Shown here: positions 29,901 to 43,052 of the stretch, piece after piece | Numbering within the stretch: the stretch's first letter is position 1 | Layout: every line of letters starts with the position of its first letter | Assembly (NCBI RefSeq): GCF_009914755.1 | Contig: NC_060937.1 | DNA length: 64,000 nt | Strand: one strand, 5' to 3' | From: the human T2T-CHM13v2.0 reference genome, Homo sapiens | Translations under genes and position numbers: made by a program | The notes under the pieces: model-generated | What the model saw: the letters and a program-made list of their open reading frames with translations, nothing else | Databases searched by the model: none | What the model was told of the DNA's origin: nothing

Positions 29901-32900
29901 TTTATTTTCTTTCTGAAAGATGTGTCCAGTGCTGAAAGTGAGGTTTTGAAGTCTCCAGATATTATGGTATTGGAACCTATATTTGTCTTTAGCTGTAATA
30001 ATATTTCCTTTATATGTCTGGGTGCTCCAGTGTTGGGTGCATATATATTGAAATTGTTATATCCTCTCACTTAATTGACACCCTTATCTTTATATAGTGA
30101 CCTTCTTTGTCTCTTTTTATAGTTTTTGTCTTGAAATCTCTTTTGTCTGATACAAGTATAGTGACTTCTGCTCTTTTTTTGGTTTTCTTTGGCATGGGAT
30201 ATCTTTTTCCATCTGTTTATTTTCAGTCTTTGTGTGTCTTTATAGGTGAAGTGTGTTTCTTTTAGGCAACAGACCAATAGGTCTTGCTCTTTCATCCATT
30301 TAGTTAGTCTGTGTCTTTTGATTGGTGAGTTTAGTGTATTTACATTCAATGTTATTATTAAGTAAGGATGTACTCTTGCCATTTTGTTTTTGGTTTTCTG
30401 GTTGTTTTGTGGTCTTCTTTCTTGCATTTCTGTCCTCTAGTGAAGATGATTTTCTCTGGTGATTTAGTTTCTTGATTTTTATTTTTTGTGTGTCCATTGT
30501 ATAATTTTTGGTTTGAGGTTACCATGAGCCTTGCAAATACTATCTTATCATTCATTATTTTAACCTGATAACATAACACTATTTGCATAAGCAAACAAAC
30601 AAGCAAAAAGAAAACTAGTAAAAACTTGCCTTAACTTCATTTCCTTGCTTTTTAACTTTTTGTCTGTTTATATCTCATTATACTGCCTATGTCTTGAAAA
30701 GTAGTTGTAGTTATTATTTTTGCTTGGTTCATCATTTAGTCTTTCTACTTAGGATAAAAGTAGTTTGCAAACCACAGTAACAGTGTTATAATATTCTGTG
30801 TTTTTCTGTGTACTTATATTACCAGTAAGGTTTGTATTTTCAGGTGATCATTTATTGCTTATTAATGCCCTTTTCTTTCTGATTGAAGTACCCCCTTTAG
30901 CATTTCTTGTAGGACAGGTCTGGTGTTGATGAAATCCCTTAGCTTTTATTTGTTTGGTAAAGTCTTTATTTCCTCTTCATGTTTGAAGGATATTTTCACT
31001 GGATATACTATTCTAGGGTAAAAGGATTTTTCCTTCAGCAATTTAAATATGTCATGCCACTGTCTCCTGGCATATATGGTTTTCACTGAAAAGTCTGCTG
31101 CCAGATGTATTGGAGCTCCTTTGTATGTTCTTGTTTCTTTTCTCTTGCAGCTTTTAGGATTCTTACTTTATTCTTGACCTTTGGGCGCTTGATTACTAAA
31201 TGTCTTGAGGTAGTCTTCTTTGGGTTAAATCTTCTTGGTGTTCTATAACCTTCTTGTACTTGGATGTTTTCTCTAGGTTTGGTTAGTTCTCTGTTATTTG
31301 AAGGTTTACTCAGAATAAACTTTCTACACCTATCTGTTTCTTTACCTCCTTTTAAAGGCCAGTACCTCTTAGATTTGCCCTTTTGAGGCTATTCTCTAGA
31401 TCATGTAGGCATGTGTCATTGGTTTTTATTCTTTTTTCTCCTCTGTGTGTTTTCTAATAGCCTTTCTTCAAGCTCATTAATTCTTTCCTCTGGTTGTTCC
31501 AGTCTGCTCTTAAAGGACTTGATGCATTCTTAAGTATGCCAATTGCATTTTTGAACTGCAGAATTTCTGCTTGATTTTTAAAAATTATTTAAATATCTTT
31601 GTTCAATTTATCTGATAGAATTCTGAATGCCTTCTCTGTGTTATCTTGAATTTCTTTGAGTTTCCTCAACACAGCTATTTTGAATTCTCTGTGAAAGGTC
31701 ACACACATATCTTTGTTTCTCCAGGATTGATTCTTGGTGCCTTATTTAGTTCATTTGGTGAGGTCATGTTTTTCTGGATAGTGTTAATGCTAGTAGATGT
31801 TCCTCGGTGCCTGGGCATTGAAGAGTTAGGTATTTATTGTACTCTTCATTGCCTGAGCTTATTTATAGCCACCCTTCTTGGGAAGGCTTTCCAGTGACAC
31901 TGTGATTCTTGCAGACTTGTAGAGGTACTGCCTTGATGGTTTTGGGCAAGATCTGGGATAATTCTCTAGATTACCAGGCAGAATCTCTTGTTCTCTTTCC
32001 TTACTTTCTCCCAAGCACACAGAGTCTCTCTCTCTTTCTGTTCTGAGACACCTAAAGCTGGGGCTGGTATGACGTATGGCACAAGCACTCCTATGACCAC
32101 CACCACCATGGCTGTGCTGGGTCACACCTGAAGCAAGCACAGTGCTGGGTCTTGCCCAAGGCCTGCCTTAATCGCTCCTTGGCTATAGCCTATGTTCACT
32201 CAAGGCCCTAGGGCTCTACAATTAGCAAGTAACAAAGCCAACTGGGCCTGTGTCCTTCTCTTCAGGGTGGCAAAGTCCCCCTGGCCACTAGTGGGTCCAG
32301 AGATGCCATATAGGAGTCTGGGACTAGAGTCTTAGAAATCTTAGAAACCTTAGAAATCTACCTGGCATTCTGTTGTATTGTGGCTGAGCTGGCACTCCAA
32401 CCACAAGACACAGTCCTTCCCCTTTTCCACTTTTCCCCTTTTCCCCTTTCCAAAGGCTGAGGAGCCTCACCCCTTAGCCACTGCCACTCCTGGCCATGAG
32501 GAGTACTGCCAGAGTACCACCGACATTCCCTTAAGGACCAAGGGCTCTTCTATCAGCTTGTGGTGAATGCTGCCTGGCCTGGACTCAACCATCAGGGCAG
32601 TAGGTTCCCCTTTGGCTCAGGGCAGGTCTAGAAATGCTGTCCAATAGTCAAGTCCTAGAATTGGGGACCCCAAGAGCCCACTTGGTGCTCTACCCTACTG
32701 TAGTGTTGTTGGTACCTAAGATACAAGACAAAGTCCCCTTTACTCTTCTGTTTTTATCAAGCGGAAGGGGTTTTGCCCCATAGCCACCACAGCTGGTAAT
32801 GTGCATAGTCTCACCTGAAGCCAACAAGTCTCAGAAACTCACCAAGGCCCTCAGCGTAGTACCTTGGTATCACTGCTGGTTATTCAGGACCCAAGGGCTC

Positions 32901-33797
32901 TTCAGTTAGCACATGATGAATGCTGCCTAGACTGGGTCCTTTCCTTCAAGGCAGTGGGTTTCCTTCTGGCCCAGGGTGTATCTAGAAATGTCATCCCAGA
33001 GCTAGAGCCTGGAACAAGGGCCTCATGACCTCAGGGTGCCCTATTCTTCTGTGGCAGAACTGGTAAACAAGATGCAAGACAAACTCCTCCCCACTCTTCC
33101 CTCTCCTCTTCTCAAGTAGAAGGAAGGGGTTTCTTTTGTATCCACAAGCTGTGCAGTCTGGGGTTAGGGGAGGGGTGATGCCAGCATTCCCTTAGCTGCC
33201 CCAGCTGGTATCTCAGTGTGTCCATGCCACTTTAGTCCACTGTGTTTGGGCCTAGTTCAGCACTAGGACTTACCTATGAGGTACAGTCCTTATGGCCTAG
33301 ACTGCCTTTCAAGTTTACTTAAACACCAAGAGCACTCTGGCCTTTGGTACTGAGGTTTTCAGGCACTCAGGTTTGGACTGCTGGTATCAGTGATTCCCCT
33401 CTGGCTAGGGCTGGTTGAGATGCCTTCTTGTGGGTGGACATCAGCTTAGTTTGGTCAGGTTTTCCTTTATGCTATAGCAAGATGGCCCCAGGTTCAGTGC
33501 CTCACAATTGCTCTGTTCTCCCTTCACCAGCACCCAGAGATGCTCTTGGCACCAAGCCATGCTGCTGGAGTCAGGGAGGGGTGGCGTCAGAGACTCAGAA
33601 CTGTTTTTCTATCTTTTCAGTGTCTCTTTCAGTGATACGAGGTTAAAACCAGGTTCTGTGGGTGCTCACATGATTTTTAGCTCTTATGAAGAAGCTTTTT
33701 TCTGTGTAGTTGTTTGTTAACTTAGTGTCCTTGCGGTAGGGTTAGAGGGACGATCTGTGGAGTTTTCTGTTCTGCCATCTTGCCTCACCTCCCTCCT
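26958..33797 (-). mobile_element. Near-full-length old L1 (L1MA/L1PB-age) with 5' UTR, ORF1 and disrupted ORF2, lacking its own 3' UTR
   Basis: ORF2 start MARVHPYLIITLNVN at 30382. EN motifs NIYAPN, GDF, YTFFS, DHMLG; RT-region peptide [10 protein letters not shown]; [18 protein letters not shown]. 5' end reads gcaagatggc (YY1-type) on the minus strand near 33775-33783. Many stops and frameshifts. Confidence 0.92.
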
Positions 33798-33859
33798 AAA
33801 AAATATTCTTATATGAGATTGTAATGTTTATATGAACTTGCATGAAGACAGAATTCTTG

Positions 33860-34030
33860 TGTTTGGATCCTGAGTCTCTTACCCATTTTGTAACATTCTT
33901 CAACATACTTTTAACTCTGTGCCTATGATTCCTTATCTGTAAAATGAAGATAATAATAGTGTCATAATAGATGTAAAACATGTAAAACAATACTAAATGC
34001 CATGTAAGGTTAAGTGGTGGTATTATTACT
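33860..34030 (+). mobile_element. MIR
   Basis: actctgtgcctatgattccttatctgtaaaatgaagataataatag core. Confidence 0.65.
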
Positions 34031-35269
34031 ATTTATCCTATTTACATCATATTCTGTGGTCATCTGTCAGTATTTGTGAATACCTTTCAGTGACAGGAAA
34101 TTAATTTTACTTCTTGATCCTAATTCTACTCCCTGTCTGTTCCTAATCTTGTTTTGCCTTTGCTTCCTCTTTTCTCATCTACTCATATTTTATGTCTTCC
34201 TTCATGCTTTATATAACTTTTAGCCACCTTCAATGTTTTTTGGAATAAAGTAATGTATGCATACATACATATACATCTTTGTTCCTAGAATTTAGCACTG
34301 TTAGTGCATGGTTTTTATCTTGGACATTCATATATTCTAGTTCCAGAACAGTAACTTCTAGAACTTAATAATTTATTAAGGAATCAATGACTTCAAATTT
34401 GTCAGACGTTGTATATGATTATTATTTTATTCCTAAATCTTATCGTTCTTTAGACCAAAAGGATATCCAGTTTGACAGTGTTCTTTTTTAAGAATGATGC
34501 TTTTAACTGAATATAATAGTTCCTATGGGATTCGATCAACAGAGAGTAAAGAGTGTTATTATGTTATTTTATTCTATGTGTATTTGTCTATTACTGTACT
34601 TAAAATACCAAATGGGAGGGGCAGTATGACTTTGGACTCATTTGCCATAATGCTGAAGTTAAATGTGTTGCTGTTAAATCAGCTTTCTTTTACCCAATTC
34701 ACATTTGTGCTTTAAAAAAAAAAGCATTACAAGACCTTGCATACTTCTGTTCAACTTATTTTTTAACATTCATTTCATTATTTCAATATTTCTTATAAGT
34801 TGTATGAGTTTCATATTTCTTTATCTTCTATATATTGAGATTATGCCCCAGTTATATCTCTTTGTCTGTAAGACTAGTAATGTCAAAAAAAATGAATTTC
34901 ATGTCTTAAAATTTATCCTTAGTAAATTCTGTATTTTCTGTTGATTATCCCTTTTAAAGGCCAAACCCTCTTTTTAGGAATTTTTCCTGAATCTCACTCA
35001 GGAATCACATGCTGTAGTTTGCTCTATTTTACTAGATTTGAAATCACCCTTTTCCATTTATGTGAAAATTAGATTTCTGTTTGCTAGTTTCGATGCTCAC
35101 AACGCCTTTCACTTATTTGTAGCTCTTATACTTTTGATCAAAATTAATTTTATACCAGAATCCTTGAAATTTTTTAGAGTAGTAGCTTTGAATTCTTGTT
35201 ATTATTTCATTCTACTGTCATCGATAACCTCCCATGTTAACACTATTGTTTCTTTCTGTTTACTTTCAG

Positions 35270-35501
35270 CTGGTTGGTGGAGAATTTGACTTGGAGATGA
35301 ACTTTATTATCCAGGATGCTGAGAGTATAACATGTATGACAGAGCTTTTGGAGCACTGTGATGTAACATGTCAAGCAGAAATATGGAGCATGTTTACAGC
35401 CATTCTACGAAAAAGTGTTCGGAATTTACAGACTAGCACAGAAGTTGGGCTAATTGAACAAGTATTGCTGAAAATGAGTGCTGTAGATGACATGATAGCA
35501 G
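35270..35501 (+). CDS. NBEA: Neurobeachin coding exon (exon 2, 232 nt)
   Basis: Acceptor tactttcag|CTG, donor GCAG|gtatgg. Translates LVGGEFDLEMNFIIQDAESITCMTELLEHCDVTCQAEIWSMFTAILRKSVRNLQTSTEVGLIEQVLLKMSAVDDMIA, recognised as the NBEA N-terminal region. Phase 0 to 1. Confidence 0.96.
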
Positions 35502-37340
35502 GTATGGGGTTGTCTGACAGGAAAGTATAACTTAAATGTTTATAAAGTTTCACATACTTCTCTTTATATTCTATAGGTAATGTAGATTTGTTGACATTAC
35601 TTTGATTTAAAATAAATGGAAATGTGTGGAAATTTTACTTTTTATATTAATGGAAAACCTGAAGAGTGCAAGAAGAAAAACATACTTACTATAGTAGACA
35701 AACATAATTACTAATGTTGTTTTCTAAATTTTAGAAAATCTCAGTACCATGGAGTGCTATGAAATCTATCAGAAAAATAAACATTATTTTTATGTAGTAT
35801 TTCATTAAGCTTTTACATAATTAAAATACCACAATAGGTATTACAGTTCTGTATAATGAGCATTTTACCAAATTCTTCTAGTTCTGTGCCCCTCAATCTG
35901 GCATATATGCAACTATGACAGGAGGTACTAAAAGCCTTATATAAGCATGGTGTATCTTTTGGATATGTCCATTTTGGAAGAAACTTTTGTATTAAAATAA
36001 ACTAATATATTATGGGCTAGAACATAAAATTCACCAAGAATTTCAAGATAAAAATACTAATGTTTTGCTTGTTTGGGTGATTTCAAACAATAACTTTGAA
36101 ATCTATAATTTTTTCACCACCAACCGTTTACTACCTTGCATGCTCATTCTCCTGTGTGGCTAGATGCATTTCAGAAAAGTGTTTTGAATATTATTCCAGA
36201 GCAAATATCATTCCAGAAAATAAGTTTAAAGTTTAAAATGTTTATTTTTTGTAAGCCACGAATCTTCAGCCTAAGTATCTTCTGACATAAAAGCATTTTC
36301 ATAATTATAAAAGTGCTGATATTACCCTCCACAGTATTATACCTGATCCTGGAAAGTAGTTCAGATACCAGAGAATACTCTTTTAACATTTTGGCTTATG
36401 CATTTCATTATTTTTAAAATTTATGGAACAAAACATTAAACAAGAATGGAATGAAAAATGGCTTAAAAAAGAATGCAGAATTGCAAAAAGCATGCTTTGA
36501 ATTTAAATATTTCAAAAAATTTGATTTTCTGAGAAAATATATTAAAAATCATATCTAATTACCTTCAGGGTGGCATATATCTTTTTTTTAGAATGATTTA
36601 GCAGTCCCTGTATTGGGTACTGATGGCTAACTTGATGAAAAATGAGATTCAGACATCTATTTCTTAAAATACCTTTTTAATATTAATAGTAGCATTTCTA
36701 TAAATTCTAGAGGTACTTAATAGAAATTTATTAATATAGACTTACATGTACACATGTTTTATAGAATATCATATGATCTTTTAATTCTTACATCTGAGCT
36801 TAAGCTCTTAATTTTTTTTTTGTAAATTGGCTGCTACTCTATGGAGTGCAGTTTAGAGAATGAGCCAAAATTACATGCATAGTAGTTTACTGGTACATAA
36901 TTCATCAGCACTGAAATGTGAAAGTGACAGTGAAGATGATTGTACCATAGAAGTTCATATCTTGACATTGCTGTTACATAAAGCTCCTTAATTCTTTTAT
37001 CTTTTTCTCAGTAATAATATTAATAACAAAATTTTTCACTTTTTGTAATTTCTAGCATTTCCCTTCAAAAGAGCTTGATGATGGAAGGATATGAGAAAAG
37101 AGAATAAATGTCAGAAAAATACCTCTGTCTTACTTTTTAATAGAGAAATTAAACTTTACATATTATACTAAGGAAGAACCAGTAGCCACTAAAACACGAC
37201 TAACAGTTCATATCTGAATGTATTGTAGTATGTTAAATTCAATGGGGTACTTTTTATTTAATAATGTAGTAAAAGTGTCACTAAAAGGTGGCTAAATTAA
37301 ACATTTTATAACAAATTGATGAGAAAATTTCTTGGTCTTA

Positions 37341-37591
37341 GTATTTTTTCTTTTAAAAAAAATCATTTCTAATTACTTTCAATCTTGTTCTCCAGCAAAG
37401 AAGACCGTCTATAATAAAATTAAACTGAGCTGCTTGGTTGTGTTACATATACAATATATAAGTAATTCGTATTTTTTCTCTTTTAAAAATGATTTCTGAT
37501 TACTTTTAATCTTGTTCTCCAGAAAAGACCTTCTGTAATAGAATTAAACTGAGCTGCTTGGTTGTGTTACATATACAATATGCAAGGAATT
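37341..37591. repeat. Two-copy tandem duplication, period about 125-128 bp
   Basis: Identical 40-bp core aattaaactgagctgcttggttgtgttacatatacaatat at 37418-37457 and 37542-37581, with similar flanks. Confidence 0.93.
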
Positions 37592-38534
37592 TTTAAAAAT
37601 TTCTAATTAAATACAAATTTAATAGATTACTTTTTGTGACATACATGGGAGATAAGATAAAGATGAAGTCTTGTATAACCTGAAAAAATTTAAACGTTGC
37701 AAATATTTTTTAAAGTTTTTTTAAAAGTATTTTATGTAAACCTTTAAGAAATCTTCTGTAAAGGTTGCCATTGCAGCTAATTGCTTAAAAATACTTCATA
37801 TTATAGCAACATTAAATGGACTAAGAAAAAAATACTTCATATTAGCTTAGGATTTTTATAGTACTTAAATTTTTTTGTAGAAACACACTTTTTGACCTAT
37901 ATGTACTAATATTTTAATACATTTTTGTTGCTTCAGTGATGACATGTTTTATTTCATTAAAATATCACTCTGAAAGTGGCATATCCACTGTCACAATTTT
38001 GTCATAGAGATTATTGTGTGTTAAATAAAATTATTTAATTATTAATTGATTATTAATTGATGAAGATAAGCATACTAAGTTTCCATTTTGAAATATACAA
38101 ATGACAAATATTTTTTAAAGTCTCAAATTCCAGTTATTAATCTGTGATATGATATTGAATAATATACATTATATATCAGTACTAAGTATTTCAGCTTACC
38201 CTAACCTAACCTTTTTATTAATTGATTATAAGCTTTTAGAATATATATGTGTATTGCTTTGTAATAACCTTTGTAGTATGTTTCATTCTTAAGAAGTGCT
38301 TTAGAAATTGAGAAAACGAAGTATAAATGTTTAGATGTTCAATTTCTTGCAAAGAACAATGACAGAAAAAGTATTAATCACAATATGTAGAGAAAGCAAT
38401 CAGAGACAAGAGATTAAATGTATAATTTTTCTCATTATTAGGTGTGCTGGTGTGTCTGTTATATGCACATAAACACTCACACTAGCATGATGGATACCAC
38501 TATTAATGTGTTTAAATTACACTTCTACTTATAG

Positions 38535-38775
38535 ACTAGTGTGTAAGAGTGAGGGTTCTGAAGCTATACTGTCTGGGTTTGAATCCTGATTCTACCACTT
38601 GCTAGGTCTATGTTCTTGGGCAATGGGAATAAATTATCTGTGCCACAATTTGCTCATTTTAAAAGGGGATAATAATGGTACTTACCTCATAGGCTTGTTA
38701 GGAGGATTTGTGAGGTTAGTATCTGTAAACCACTTGGAATAATGTTTCACTTGGAGTAAGTGGTAAAAATTGCTA
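38535..38775 (+). mobile_element. MIR
   Basis: ctgggtttgaatcctgattctaccacttgctag...ggggataataatggtacttacctcatagg. Confidence 0.75.
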
Positions 38776-38939
38776 ATGGGCCAAGGAATATACCAAGAAT
38801 ATATTAAGAATAGATAATTCTGAAAGACAATATAGTCAGCTGTTACTTTTTCATTTGACAATAACCAGTTTGCAATTTTAAATCTTTGTACATTTGCATA
38901 TTTTACCTACCTTTCCCTGCACACAGCAGGCTGTGTTGT

Positions 38940-38940
<1 letters not shown>

Positions 38941-38979
<39 letters not shown>
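38941..38979. repeat. (GT)n microsatellite
   Basis: Direct reading of the sequence. Confidence 0.95.
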
Positions 38980-38981
<2 letters not shown>

Positions 38982-39150
38982 CTGGGAATATGTAAAATCT
39001 ATTTTACATTTCTGCTAAGACAGCTTAATTGCGGTGGTAATTTAATGGGGGAAAATCATGTAATTCAAATAAATTCTTTTGGTTATTTAATGAGTTAAAA
39101 ATTGTTAATTGGAATGGCTATTCATGAGGACATTTAGCTGTATTAGATAC

Positions 39151-39189
<39 letters not shown>
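39151..39189. repeat. Compound (AT)n(AG)n microsatellite about 95 nt upstream of exon 3
   Basis: Direct reading of the sequence. Confidence 0.95.
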
Positions 39190-39283
39190 TGACAATGATA
39201 ACTTTTTTCTTTCAAAAAGTATATTACCTTGACAGATGGCAGCTCATGACTAGAGTTCAGAATAACTTTATTTTCCTTTGAAG

Positions 39284-39384
39284 ATCTTCTAGTTGATATG
39301 TTGGGGGTTCTTGCCAGCTACAGCATCACTGTCAAGGAGTTGAAGCTTTTGTTCAGCATGCTTCGAGGAGAAAGTGGAATCTGG
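39284..39384 (+). CDS. NBEA: Neurobeachin coding exon (exon 3, 101 nt)
   Basis: ttttcctttgaag|AT ... TGG|gtaagc. Encodes (D)[33 protein letters not shown]. Phase 1 to 0, in frame with the previous exon. Confidence 0.95.
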
Positions 39385-39642
39385 GTAAGCTGTGGTCGGA
39401 GGGAAAGGTATTCAGTATCAGTCCATTAATACTTAATGTTCAAAAGTTTGTCTCTAGAGAGCTATATACTTGAATTTATAATGGAAATTGCTTTCTTCTT
39501 AAATGATTTAGTAAATGTTTTGTAAATGATTTAAAATTAATTTTTCTCTCTAGTTAGAAAACAGTCCAATGGGTAACATGGTATATTAAGTATGATTGCT
39601 AAATTTGTACAATGACATTTCTTTCTTTTATTGTTTCCCCAG

Positions 39643-39738
39643 CCAAGACATGCAGTAAAATTATTATCAGTTCTTAATCAGATGCCACAGAGACACGGTC
39701 CTGATACTTTTTTCAATTTCCCTGGTTGTAGCGCTGCG
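39643..39738 (+). CDS. NBEA: Neurobeachin coding exon (exon 4, 96 nt)
   Basis: ttgtttccccag|CCA ... GCG|gtaagt. Encodes [32 protein letters not shown]. Confidence 0.95.
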
Positions 39739-40023
39739 GTAAGTTTTAAATACATGTGCTGATTTTTATTTATTTATTTTTAGGTCACCTTTAGTAAGGT
39801 TTAACTTACATATAATAAAATTTACCAGTTTAGAAAGCACAACTTGATGAGTTTGGAAGTCATACAACCACTACTATATAATGATTTGAACAATTTCATC
39901 ACTCCCCAAAATTCCCTTGTGCCTGTTGGAAGATATTCCCCTCTACCCATCCCCACTCCTTACTACTTCTGATTTACTTTGTATTCCTATAGTTTTGCCT
40001 TTTCTAGATTGTCATATAAATAA

Positions 40024-40361
<338 letters not shown>

Positions 40362-40811
40362 GGTATATAGTCTTTTGTGTCAGGCTTCTTTCACTTCCCG
40401 TGATGCTTTTGAGATTTTTCCATGTTGTAGTTTTAATTACTGTTTTATTCTGTTCTCTCTTTTTTTGAGTAGTATGGCATTTTATGGATATACCACAGTT
40501 TATCTATCCTATCCATTCACTAGTTGATGGACTTCTGGGTTTCTAGTTTTTGGCTGTTATAAATAAAATTGCTGTGAACATTTGAGCACAGGTCTTTCTA
40601 TGGACATATGTTTTCTTATCTTTCGATTAAATACCTGAGTGAGATTGCTGGATTTTATGGTAACTGCCTGTTTACTTTCATGAGAAACTGTCTACTCGTT
40701 TTCTGTATTAGAACATTGTACATTCCTATAAGCAGTGTATGAGAGTCCCACTTGATCTGCATCCTGAACATTTTCAGTCTTTTAAATTTGAGGCATTTAA
40801 ATGGTTATGTA

Positions 40812-41174
40812 CAGTAGTCCCGCCTTATCCATGGGGTATATATGTTCTAAGACTGTCTCAGTGGATACCTGAAACTGCGGATGGTACTGAACCATCTATA
40901 TAATACATACTATGGTTTTTTCCTCTACATACATACCTGTGATAAGGTTTAAATTACTAACTGCACACAGTAAGAGATTAACAACAATAATAAAATATAA
41001 CAATTATAGCAATATATTATAGTAAAACTTTTGTGAGTGTTGTGTCTCCCTGCCTCCCCTCCTTCTTTGTCTCTCTCTCAAAATATCTTAATGTACTGTA
41101 CTCACCTGTTTTTGGACTGTGGTTGACCATGGGTAACTGAAACTATGAAACCACAGATAAGAGGGGATCTACTG
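40812..41174. mobile_element. MER44-like (TcMar-Tigger) MITE
   Basis: Terminal inverted repeats cagtagtcccgccttatc / gataagaggggatctactg, flanked by TA duplications. Confidence 0.85.
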
Positions 41175-41538
41175 TAGTGGTACCTCATCATAGTTTTAAT
41201 TTTGCATTTTATTCATGACTGATGATGATGAGCATTTTTTCATGTGTTTATTGGCCATTCTTATGTCTTCATTTGTGATGTTTCTGTTCACATCTTCCGT
41301 TCATTTAAAAAATTCGGTTGTTTTTCTTATTATCGTAAGAGTTCATTATATATTTGGAATGTAAGTTCATCTATTAGATCAAGGTAAAATATTCCCTGTT
41401 TTAAAAAGTCAATAAAAGTTATATATTATTTGATAATAAAATGTTATTTATATTGTATGATAATAAAACTGCCTGAACTAATTGCTTAAATACTAAAATC
41501 CGAAAGGTTAGTATAGGGTTTAACTCTTCATTTGAAAT

Positions 41539-41565
41539 TGTGTGTGTGTGTGTGTGTGTGTGTGT
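41539..41565. repeat. (TG)n microsatellite
   Basis: Direct reading of the sequence. Confidence 0.95.
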
Positions 41566-42930
41566 ATTTTTTTTAACAGCAAGCACTTAGAAATCTTTGA
41601 CTACTTTGAGATTATTTATTAGCCACCTGCATCTTCAGTCATTATGCTTGGAGTAGATTACATTCCTTACTCTTGAAGAACTCTGATGGCTAGATATGCA
41701 AATACAGCTTGCTACAATAAGAGTTATAAATGATACTGTAGATTTAGGTATGGGAACAAAACTATGGGAACACAATTGAAAAGAGAAACCATGCTAGGTT
41801 GAAGTCCAGAAAAGCTTCACAGATGAGGAAACATATTAGTCTGCTATTAAAGAATAAATGAGATTTTGTTAGAAGGAAGAATGATTTGGATAGAAGCAAC
41901 ATGATGTATAGGAAGAGGAACTGTAAAAGAACTAGTGGAATAGCTGGTATATTTAGATGTACTTTGGAATGTGGGGTTGGGTAGTAGAGGAGGATAAAAT
42001 CAGAAGGGTTTGTTGGAGCCATAGCACGTGGGAAGTCCTGTATAACATGAAGAAATTTAAATTTTATTCTGAATGCAGAAGATTTTTGACATGGAAGGTC
42101 CGTGTTGTATTTGAGAAAGGCCATTATCAGCAACATGAAAGATCTATTTGAGGAACAGATTAATTTTAAAATCATAATGGGTAATTATCTTTTATGTAGA
42201 ATTTTGATAAAGTCTAGGAAAATAAATAAATACATTCACACATTTCTTGAAGTCAGGTGAAATAATCAGCTACTTTCTTATTTATTCCTTAGAATGGCTA
42301 CATTTTATTTGATTGCTATTTTCAAGGGAGTCCTATATTACTCCTTTTCTGCTTATGAATGGATCTGAATCCTTTTTGGTTATAAATATCAGTAGTTAAG
42401 TTTCTGAGTAATAAATGTCATACTTTGCCTTTCTTAGTTTCAATGTTGTTAGCATTATGAACATTATCTCTTAATGCTTGCATTTCTTCAATATTGATTC
42501 CATTAACATTTTCTAGCTCAGTCATTTTTGGCTTTAAATATTCAATCTCCTTTAACCAAATGGGTTACTACTGAAAACCTAGTGTAAACCACAGAAAACT
42601 GAAATTGGGAGGCTTATGTGTAAGAGACTGTATACTGATGAAACTAGATGGCGACTTCTTGGAGTATAGTCTGAAACCCGCTATGTAATCTAGAGATAAA
42701 ATCTAATTCACTGAGCATTTGAAAATTGAATGTTTCTATAATCAACAAATACTATTTAGGTGTACTGAGATTGTTTTAATAAAATACTAGCTCTTATTTT
42801 ATGGATTTGTTTGTGATTTTCTGGTATTTATACTTTGATTGTTATTTAATCTGCAAAAGCCATATTTGACCTTAGCTACTATCACATTTCTTTAACTGAT
42901 ACTTTCGTACCTTTTCTCATTGCCTTGTAG

Positions 42931-43052
42931 GCAATTGCCTTGCCTCCTATTGCAAAGTGGCCTTATCAGAATGGCTTCACCTTAAACACTTGGTTTCGTA
43001 TGGATCCATTAAATAATATTAATGTTGATAAGGATAAACCTTATCTTTATTG
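42931..43052 (+). CDS. NBEA: Neurobeachin coding exon (exon 5, 122 nt)
   Basis: tgccttgtag|GCA ... TG|gtaagt. Encodes [40 protein letters not shown](C), the start of the ConA/LamG-like domain of BEACH proteins. Confidence 0.95.

Noticed and set aside
26958-31900. Active L1 or domesticated reverse transcriptase
   Set aside because: ORF1 and ORF2 are broken into many short frames by stops and frameshifts.
37341-37591. CRISPR-like repeat-spacer array
   Set aside because: Only two copies, the intervening sequence is also duplicated, and the context is eukaryotic.
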